Shown here piece after piece: positions 6,398 to 11,546 of a stretch of 11,546 nucleotides of DNA. The first letter of the stretch is position 1. The number at the start of each line of letters is the position of its first letter. This DNA comes from a virus (taxonomy: Duplodnaviria; Heunggongvirae; Uroviricota; Caudoviricetes). The notes below the pieces were generated by a model. It was not told the DNA's origin, did no database searches, and was given only the letters and a program-made list of their open reading frames with translations. Location of the stretch: IMG/VR virus record IMGVR_UViG_2703718868_000005; one strand, given 5' to 3'. The position numbers were made by a program, and so were the translations under genes.

Positions 6398-7159
6398 TCA
6401 CCGCAGCTGTTCTCTGGTGGCGGTAATATCCCGGAGAATATCCCGGCACTTGTTCAGCTCCCGCAGCGCGGCGCAGACTCGCTCCCACTTCTGAACCTGA
6501 CCTTTTACCCGGCGCAGCTCGCGGTTAGCCACATGCAGCGATGGTAGAATCAGGTCATCTGCTTTCGTTTCGGTGACCGATGGCTGTAACTTCACAATGT
6601 CTTCCACGATTTCTGTTTTCATTTCTTCCTGTGTCGTCGTTTCCTGGACTGGTAACGCAACACCTGCTGGCTGAGGAAAGGCTTTACCATCGGTTTCCGC
6701 TACGGATGCAGCTTCCGGCTCTGCCGGTAAATCAGCGCCCGGTATGCAGTAACGAAATTTACCGTTCTGATTTACGCGTGCCAGGCGCCCCGTTGCTGTT
6801 ACGACCGCCAACGTGGAAGCAACCTTGCGAATGCTAACACCGAACTTATCCGCCAGTTCCTCACACGTTTTAGCCCCATCCTGACAGATAAACTCAATCA
6901 TCATGTCCGCGGTAACTTTTTGTTCGACCTCCCCGGTCAGCACATCCGGTACTTCAGACTGTGCTGGCTGCTCTTCGGTTACCCCGGATTCACCTTCACC
7001 AGCCAGAAACCAGGTGTGACCCGTTTTATCAACAACGCCATTTTTTTGGAGTTCCCACAGTTCGTTGAGAACTTCTTCACGGCTGATATCAAGCCGCGCC
7101 GCCAGTTCAACAGAATTGGCTTTACCCATCGCTTTCAGTGCATGCAATACGGTTTCCAT
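6398..7159 (-). CDS. Hypothetical phage protein with two winged-helix-like segments separated by an acidic linker
   Basis: 253 aa with strong SD GGAGGAAA upstream of the ATG. Located after the DnaC-like gene in the same operon. Candidate HTH segments [28 protein letters not shown] and [19 protein letters not shown]. Confidence 0.8.
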   Translation of the reverse strand: METVLHALKAMGKANSVELAARLDISREEVLNELWELQKNGVVDKTGHTWFLAGEGESGVTEEQPAQSEVPDVLTGEVEQKVTADMMIEFICQDGAKTCEELADKFGVSIRKVASTLAVVTATGRLARVNQNGKFRYCIPGADLPAEPEAASVAETDGKAFPQPAGVALPVQETTTQEEMKTEIVEDIVKLQPSVTETKADDLILPSLHVANRELRRVKGQVQKWERVCAALRELNKCRDILRDITATREQLR

Positions 7160-7188
7160 TAAAATTTCCTCCGGATAAAAATTACTTC

Positions 7189-7929
7189 TCAGTTCCTGTG
7201 CTGGCTGACGTTCGGACGCCAGCTCTCCCAGTTAAACGTCACCCAGCGACCACCGTTCATGGACATGCGGTCCATTACCCGCTCGCCGAGAAGTGTATTC
7301 ATCGCTGCATGATTAAGATTTGTCAGCATCCCCACACTGAGTAACGATGCCGTTCTGCGGTCAACAATCTGATTAAGCGTGACCTGCTCATTACGCGTAT
7401 CCCGTTGCATGCCAATTTCATCCAGTACCAGCAGGTCAACGCCACACAATCCCTGCAAAAATTTTTCGCCCGAGTTTTTGTTGTCGTAGCTGCCATGTAA
7501 CGCCAGCATCACATCCGCCACTGTTATCACAATCACACTGCGACCTTTCGCCAGAAGGTGGTTGCCAATAGCCGCCGCCAGGTGGTTTTTTCCTGTGCCA
7601 GGCCGGCCACTGAACACAAAATTCGTACAGCCGCCTTCCAGCTCTGCCGCAATGGATTTCGCCTGACTCAGGGCATGGCGCTGACCATCGTTCTGCACCC
7701 GGTAGTTACCGAACGTACACTTCCGGTGAAGCGGCTGGATACCGGAGCGGTTAATGATTTTTTCAACCCGCGTCTGATGATTCAGACGATTAACCTCCTC
7801 GCTTCGCTTACGCCCTTCAGCAAGCTGCCATTCCCGCCACTCCGTCACCGTACGGTACGGAGGGATTGCATCCTGCGGCACAAATCTGCTGACTCTTGCC
7901 AGAACACCACCTGACGTAATGTTTTTCAT
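7189..7929 (-). CDS. DnaC-like replicative helicase loader (IstB-like AAA+ ATPase; lambda P functional analogue)
   Basis: Walker [18 protein letters not shown] and Walker B LLVLDEIG. Start lies 6 nt after the stop of the initiator gene. Confidence 0.92.
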   Translation of the reverse strand: MKNITSGGVLARVSRFVPQDAIPPYRTVTEWREWQLAEGRKRSEEVNRLNHQTRVEKIINRSGIQPLHRKCTFGNYRVQNDGQRHALSQAKSIAAELEGGCTNFVFSGRPGTGKNHLAAAIGNHLLAKGRSVIVITVADVMLALHGSYDNKNSGEKFLQGLCGVDLLVLDEIGMQRDTRNEQVTLNQIVDRRTASLLSVGMLTNLNHAAMNTLLGERVMDRMSMNGGRWVTFNWESWRPNVSQHRN

Positions 7930-7935
7930 GATGCG

Positions 7936-8943
7936 CTACCCCCTGAAACCCGGCGGAATTTCGGTATCCGGTTCAGAAATATGATTCACGCAACGCTGCG
8001 CGGGACCACGCCACAGTCGAATAACCAGTTCATCCCATTTCTCACGGAGTTTTTCCGGGCTCTTGATGTTTTTTATCCAGAACGGATCCCGTTGTGCCCG
8101 GCTGAACATTTCGCAAATTTGTCTGTGACTTCTTCCATCCAGCATCCGCATTGTGCGCACGTCATTGGCCCACGCCGTCCAGTTGGGCTCTTTCGGTCGC
8201 GTGATCTCACCATCGTCACTGGCAGCCTGTTCGTACAGGTTTACAACCCGCCCCCAGATCCACTGCGCACATGTCAAATCCTCCCGGGTTCCCCACTGGC
8301 GTTTTTTCACGCTGAACACAACAGCATCAGGATGGCGGGTTAAAAACGCCTGTTCAGCCGTCAACTCGTCCGGTTGCGAAGCGTCCGGACAAGAGAGTTT
8401 TTTATTCTCTGTTGTATTCTCTGTTGTATTCTCTGTAGGATCATCGGGCCATTTTGACCTGATGACATTGGGCCGTTTTGAACCAATGGAACGTTTCATT
8501 TTGACCTCTTCCATCGTGTCATTTTGACCTGATGGAGTGGCGCATTTTGACCCGATGGATTCGTTCACTTTGCCATCATCTAAAAGCGCGCTATCGTAGT
8601 TAATTGTGTAAAAATTAGTCATATCACGCTTCGATTTATTGAGCTTTTCGCTACGCAAAAGCCCCAGCGCTTTCAGACTTGCAAACGCACGCTTTAACGT
8701 TGACTCTGACCAGAACGGAAACTGTTCCAGCCATTGTTCCGTTGTGTTGTAAATCCAGCGAACGCCATCACATTCCATGCCGGAACTGGTATCCCTCAAC
8801 CAGTAATGCAGTTGCTGCAACACAATGGCTTCGTTTAAACCAATCTTCATCGCCAGCTGTGTGTTTATAACCAGCGGGCGTTCAGCAAAAAGAAGGCTCA
8901 TAATTCCATCCGGCTTTTTGTTGGTACTGGTGACGATAGGCAC
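7936..8943 (-). CDS. Phage replication initiator (O-like), with origin iterons inside the coding sequence
   Basis: 335-aa frame; start is GTG at 8943 or ATG at 8901. N-terminal domain resembles phage replisome-organiser proteins. Iteron array and AT-rich stretch lie within the gene. Followed by the DnaC-like gene. Confidence 0.85.
   Translation of the reverse strand: MPIVTSTNKKPDGIMSLLFAERPLVINTQLAMKIGLNEAIVLQQLHYWLRDTSSGMECDGVRWIYNTTEQWLEQFPFWSESTLKRAFASLKALGLLRSEKLNKSKRDMTNFYTINYDSALLDDGKVNESIGSKCATPSGQNDTMEEVKMKRSIGSKRPNVIRSKWPDDPTENTTENTTENKKLSCPDASQPDELTAEQAFLTRHPDAVVFSVKKRQWGTREDLTCAQWIWGRVVNLYEQAASDDGEITRPKEPNWTAWANDVRTMRMLDGRSHRQICEMFSRAQRDPFWIKNIKSPEKLREKWDELVIRLWRGPAQRCVNHISEPDTEIPPGFRG
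8403..8436. repeat. Tandem 12-bp repeat TATTCTCTGTTG, about 2.8 copies, in-frame within the initiator gene (encodes TENTTENTTEN)
   Basis: Direct repeats at 8403-8414 and 8415-8426, with a partial third copy at 8427-8436. Confidence 0.8.
8450..8580. repeat. Iteron array (candidate prophage ori): five to six copies of CATTTTGACCYGATGG-like repeats
   Basis: Copies near 8450, 8474 (degenerate), 8497, 8520, 8543 and 8567 (degenerate), spaced about 23 bp, followed by an AT-richer stretch at 8581-8640. Arrangement resembles ori-lambda inside O. Confidence 0.6.
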
Positions 8944-9403
8944 GCTTGAAAGCGATTGCTTTTTCTATAAGCTCGTCTGTCTCACGTTCCACAACAGCTG
9001 GATCTGCAAAAAGCAGCCTGGACTCCACCACATCGCCATATTCTTTGTTTAACCCGGCAATCATGTACGTAATGCTTTTTCCGTCAGTAATTTCGCGGTA
9101 CAACCTGAAATCACTAATCCGGATAGCCTCCATAATTGCCGGAATCAGCGCCGTGAATTTTTCACGCTTATCCCTGGTGTCGATAGCCTTCCAGCGTTCG
9201 AATATCTTCACCCGGTTAACGCCAAGCGCACGCTGATCAACCCCGCCATCATCAAGCGTGACACGCTGAACATCGATGTTCGGGCGTTCCTGTAGAGCCC
9301 AGAAGGCTTCAGTAATTAATATCGTCGCCTGCTCCTGCGTCATTCCTGGTCGGCTTATCCAGGCATCCAGGGCATCGCGTGCCTGCTCAAGGGTGATTTT
9401 CAT
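8882..9403 (-). CDS. YdaT-like protein (cII-position regulator of Rac-type immunity regions)
   Basis: 173 aa. ATG at 9401-9403 overlaps the end of the Cro-like gene. Family assignment rests on position and loose motif resemblance (ALIPAIMEAI). Confidence 0.65.
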   Translation of the reverse strand: MKITLEQARDALDAWISRPGMTQEQATILITEAFWALQERPNIDVQRVTLDDGGVDQRALGVNRVKIFERWKAIDTRDKREKFTALIPAIMEAIRISDFRLYREITDGKSITYMIAGLNKEYGDVVESRLLFADPAVVERETDELIEKAIAFKRAYRHQYQQKAGWNYEPSFC

Positions 9404-9614
9404 TGTTCAACCGCCCCGCCCGCTTCGTCTTACGATATTCGTCATAAACTTTGGGGTCATACTGAAGCTCCCCGCCGGATGCCTCTTGCAGGCGCATCGC
9501 GCGACCTTCAGGGACCAGTTTCCCCCATTGAGAAACAGCAGATGGATCAACACCAGCAGCTTTCGCTACTTTGGCTTTCGTCCCATAAAAATTAATTACG
9601 TCTGATTTAAACAT
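9387..9614 (-). CDS. Cro/YdaS-like HTH transcriptional regulator
   Basis: 75 codons from ATG 9612-9614 with SD GGAGGGG upstream. HTH FYGTKAKVAKAAGVDPSAVSQWGK. Divergent from the repressor gene. ORF-track frame starts at TTG 9641. Confidence 0.75.
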   Translation of the reverse strand: MFKSDVINFYGTKAKVAKAAGVDPSAVSQWGKLVPEGRAMRLQEASGGELQYDPKVYDEYRKTKRAGRLNNENHP

Positions 9615-9691
9615 CACCCCTCCAGGCTTGAGTTTTCTCAAAAGTAATCACCCAAGGAATCTCAAGCCAAGGGTTATTAAGATATCTAAAT
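9615..9691. promoter_or_regulatory. Divergent promoter/operator region of the immunity switch
   Basis: 77-bp intergenic region with inverted repeats TTGAG-TTTT-CTCAA (9628-9641) and GGCTTGAG (9626-9633) / CTCAAGCC (9661-9668). Confidence 0.5.
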
Positions 9692-10099
9692 ATGAACGAG
9701 AAAACTTTAGGTCAACGAATTAGAGAAAGACGCAAACAGGTTGGTTTAAGTCAAAACGATTTAAGCAAAGCTGCTGGTGTATCTGGCTCATCAATTTCAC
9801 TATGGGAAAGCGACCATACAGCCCCGCGCGGGCAAAATTTGCATCGCCTGGCTGAGGTATTGCAATGTTCACCAACTTGGATACTGTTTGGTGACGAGGA
9901 TAAAACACCAGATCCACCAGTTGCACTCAACAGCGCCTTAGACTTATCGGAAGATGAGTCGGAGATGTTGCGATTGTATCGCGCACTTCCAAAATCAGAG
10001 CAGCAAGCACAGATCAGCGAACTCCGTGCCCGCGTTGAGAATTTTAATCGCCTATTCACCGAGCTACTAGAAGCTCGCAAACGTAACAAACATCAATAA
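9692..10099 (+). CDS. dicA: DicA-like prophage repressor (XRE-family HTH)
   Basis: 135 aa. HTH QNDLSKAAGVSGSSISLWE. Segments LQCSPTWILFGDEDK and RARVENFNRLFTELLEARKRN resemble E. coli DicA as I recall it. Confidence 0.85.
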   Translation: MNEKTLGQRIRERRKQVGLSQNDLSKAAGVSGSSISLWESDHTAPRGQNLHRLAEVLQCSPTWILFGDEDKTPDPPVALNSALDLSEDESEMLRLYRALPKSEQQAQISELRARVENFNRLFTELLEARKRNKHQ

Positions 10100-10116
10100 C
10101 CCCCTTCACAAAATTT

Positions 10117-10150
10117 AAAGCCTTACATTTCAATGTATTGGCTTTGTTTT
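10117..10150 (+). terminator. Hairpin with T-rich tail downstream of the repressor gene
   Basis: AAAGCC (10117-10122) pairs with GGCTTT (10140-10145), with an inner stem ACATT/AATGT, followed by GTTTTGC. Confidence 0.35.
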
Positions 10151-10154
10151 GCAT

Positions 10155-10180
10155 TAAATATTGAGCTTTCTCATCAAAAA
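10155..10180 (+). promoter_or_regulatory. Operator-like motif TTGAG-CTTT-CTCA upstream of the ydfA-like gene
   Basis: Nearly the same inverted-repeat motif as in the 9615-9691 intergenic region, located at 10161-10173. Confidence 0.35.
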
Positions 10181-10288
10181 CACTTGGCCAGGCGCCATGA
10201 GAAAACCAAATTACAATCCATCAAGACACCGCACGGTGTTCTCAGCAAACAGTTCCGCTACCCGGCGTTAAGGGCAAATGAGGTCAAC

Positions 10289-10441
10289 ATGGATACACTC
10301 AATCTTGGCAACAACGAATCTCTGGTATGCGGTGTGTTCCCTAACCAGGACGGCACGTTTACCGCGATGACGTATACCAGAAGCAAAACGTTTAAAACTG
10401 AAGCTGGCGCGCATCGCTGGTTAGCCAGAAACACTGACTGA
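10289..10441 (+). CDS. ydfA: YdfA-like small protein (first gene of a dicB-operon-like unit)
   Basis: 50 codons from ATG 10289 with SD GAGG 5 nt upstream: MDTLNLGNNESLVCGVFPNQDGTFTAMTYTRSKTFKTEAGAHRWLARNTD. The longer ORF-track frame from 10133 runs through the terminator hairpin. Confidence 0.6.
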   Translation: MDTLNLGNNESLVCGVFPNQDGTFTAMTYTRSKTFKTEAGAHRWLARNTD

Positions 10442-10452
10442 TGAGGTTGACG

Positions 10453-10821
10453 ATGGAATTTAAAGATTTACCAGTACCATTCCAGGATATGGCAGCGAAT
10501 ATAGTTCGTTCTCAACTGGCGACTCTTGACCTGAGTACCGTAGAAAAAGAAACCATCGACAATATATCCCATAATGTGCGTAATGCCTTTATCAAGCTGT
10601 ACGAAGAGAAGCTGAGTTCTGAAAACAAAGATTATTCACCTAAATTCACCCCACACCCAGGTGGAGTGAGTGAGATTTATCATGAAACAATGGTTAAAGC
10701 ACTACGTATGCAAATAGCCGAACTTGAACATAAATTAAATTTAGTTAGTAAGTGCCAAAATCAGCACAAGGCAAAAGGGTTGCACTTTCATCATAAGGGC
10801 AAACAAAAATGTGAGCATTAA
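10453..10821 (+). CDS. Hypothetical protein in the ydfB/ydfC position
   Basis: ATG at 10453 with SD GAGG 6 nt upstream. The low-complexity basic C-terminal tail overlaps a convergent gene. Confidence 0.55.
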   Translation: MEFKDLPVPFQDMAANIVRSQLATLDLSTVEKETIDNISHNVRNAFIKLYEEKLSSENKDYSPKFTPHPGGVSEIYHETMVKALRMQIAELEHKLNLVSKCQNQHKAKGLHFHHKGKQKCEH

Positions 10822-11047
10822 CACCAACTGAATTAGCAACAGAAAAGGTTTGTTCAAGTATTTGATTCGAATTGAGCGTTGACTGAATAACGTATGCCCC
10901 TGGCAACAATTTATATTCAACGTCACCTTCATTAATCATCCTGGAGTATTTAAAATTTGGCATCAGAGTCTCGAACTTTTTCTCCTGTTCCATTGTTGCT
11001 TCAAATAACTGCACATGAACATAATATCGATTTGATTTAGAGTGCAT
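10745..11047 (-). CDS. Hypothetical protein encoded in an AT-rich island, function unknown
   Basis: 100 codons from ATG 11045-11047 with strong SD GGAGGA 5 nt upstream. AT-rich relative to its flanks. 3' end overlaps the ydfB/C-like gene by about 77 bp. Confidence 0.5.
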   Translation of the reverse strand: MHSKSNRYYVHVQLFEATMEQEKKFETLMPNFKYSRMINEGDVEYKLLPGAYVIQSTLNSNQILEQTFSVANSVGVNAHIFVCPYDESATLLPCADFGTY

Positions 11048-11389
11048 TTTATCCTCCATAGAGGTTCTGGGTTAAAAATGGAGACCAACACGCTGTCACG
11101 TGTGGTCGTGCGCCGGACACGGATAAGAATCCGGCACTGACAGTTTACTGAAAGAACATATCCCTGAAAAGTCAGGGCATAACACGAAAGCGCACGGCGA
11201 AGTTAGTCTCTCTGTATATGTCGTCGTTAAGTTTAATTCGATCGTGCGCTTCCGGTTGTGGCAATCCGCGAAATGGCGCGGCGGTAAGTATGGCTGGGGC
11301 TTCCTCCATTGCTCCAGAAAATGCACCGGGTTGTCAGGTTGACCATACGCCTGAGTGACAACACCGCCACAACAACCTCTGTTATCACT

Positions 11390-11428
11390 TTTCTGGTGAT
11401 TCGGCGGAAATGGATATCCGCCATTTTT
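11390..11428 (+). ncRNA. dicF: DicF-like small RNA (short variant)
   Basis: TTTCTGGTGA at the 5' end, then a GGCGGA-AATGGATA-TCCGCC hairpin (11403-11422) and a T5 tail. This matches the start and terminator of E. coli DicF as I recall it, but with a shorter central segment. Confidence 0.5.
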
Positions 11429-11546
11429 AAAGTGTATTTTGTGATGCGGTGAATGCGGCTAAGCGCACGCGGAACAGTTAAAACAAGCGGTCTTTTACTG
11501 GCGTAACAGACATCAACTAACAATCCGGCGTTAATTGTTAACTGGT

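Larger units (their letters stand above)
1..11546. mobile_element. Lambdoid (Qin/Rac-like) prophage segment: late-regulation (Q), nin-like region, TA cargo, replication module, immunity switch and dicB-operon-like leftward region
   Basis: Gene content and order (DicA-like repressor, Cro/YdaS-like, YdaT-like, O-like initiator with iterons, DnaC-like loader, RusA, DUF968, Q-like, hok) match lambdoid prophage architecture. Prophage ends are not visible in the window. Confidence 0.8.

Noticed and set aside
5790-6426. Plus-strand ORFs 5790..6002 and 5986..6426
   Set aside because: They span a minus-strand terminator and intergenic structured region and run antisense to the small HTH gene. No RBS and an Arg/Ser/Pro-rich composition typical of out-of-frame GC-rich DNA.
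8450-8580. Possible CRISPR array
   Set aside because: The repeats are short, degenerate, about 23 bp apart with no unique spacers of CRISPR length, and lie inside a replication initiator gene. They are iterons.
6580-9605. Plus-strand ORFs antisense to the replication and immunity genes (6580..6837, 6920..7162, 7138..7344, 7558..7914, 7981..8343, 8153..8527, 8679..8870, 8825..9052, 8946..9236, 9276..9605)
   Set aside because: Each lies entirely within a better-supported minus-strand gene with recognisable motifs. They are shadow ORFs with biased Arg/Ser/Pro/Cys composition.
9720-10089. Minus-strand ORFs 9720..9926 and 9751..10089
   Set aside because: Antisense to the DicA-like repressor gene, which has a clear HTH and conserved C-terminus.
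10133-10288. N-terminal extension of the ydfA-like ORF (102-aa frame)
   Set aside because: The extension begins inside the terminator hairpin after the repressor gene and lacks an RBS. The internal ATG at 10289 has a well-spaced GAGG and gives a roughly 50-aa product.
11096-11523. Minus-strand ORFs 11096..11326 and 11233..11523
   Set aside because: No RBS, Arg/Thr-rich composition, and overlap with the DicF-like sRNA and its terminator on the opposite strand. Probably non-coding.

Overview
This window reads as the early/regulatory half of a lambdoid (Qin/Rac-like) enterobacterial prophage, with most genes on the minus strand. Everything here is from reading the sequence and the ORF track by eye and from recalled family motifs; no searches or folding were run. 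Right to left on the minus strand: a divergent immunity switch (DicA-like repressor on +, YdaS/Cro-like and YdaT-like on -), an O-like replication initiator with an internal iteron array, a DnaC-like helicase loader, a 253-aa double winged-helix protein, a small HTH protein and a coupled 27-aa hydrophobic ORF ending at a strong terminator. Then come an ORF6N antirepressor-like gene and a toxin-antitoxin cluster: a hok (HokD/RelF-like) type I toxin with an apparently intact leader, convergent with a HigB-2/HigA-2-like type II pair whose toxin is frameshifted at a G5 run. Beyond that lie two unknown small genes, a DUF968/YdfU-like gene, rusA, a Q-like gene followed by a pR'/tR'-like promoter-terminator pair, and an AT-rich block of small ORFs. 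On the plus strand, right of the repressor, are ydfA-like and ydfB/C-like genes, an AT-rich reverse-oriented gene, and a DicF-like sRNA with a shortened central region. The most interesting items are the frameshifted toxin with intact antitoxin, the AT-rich cargo genes at 10745-11047 and 330-1000, the variant DicF, the coupled 27-aa peptide, and the unknown genes at 3264-3954.
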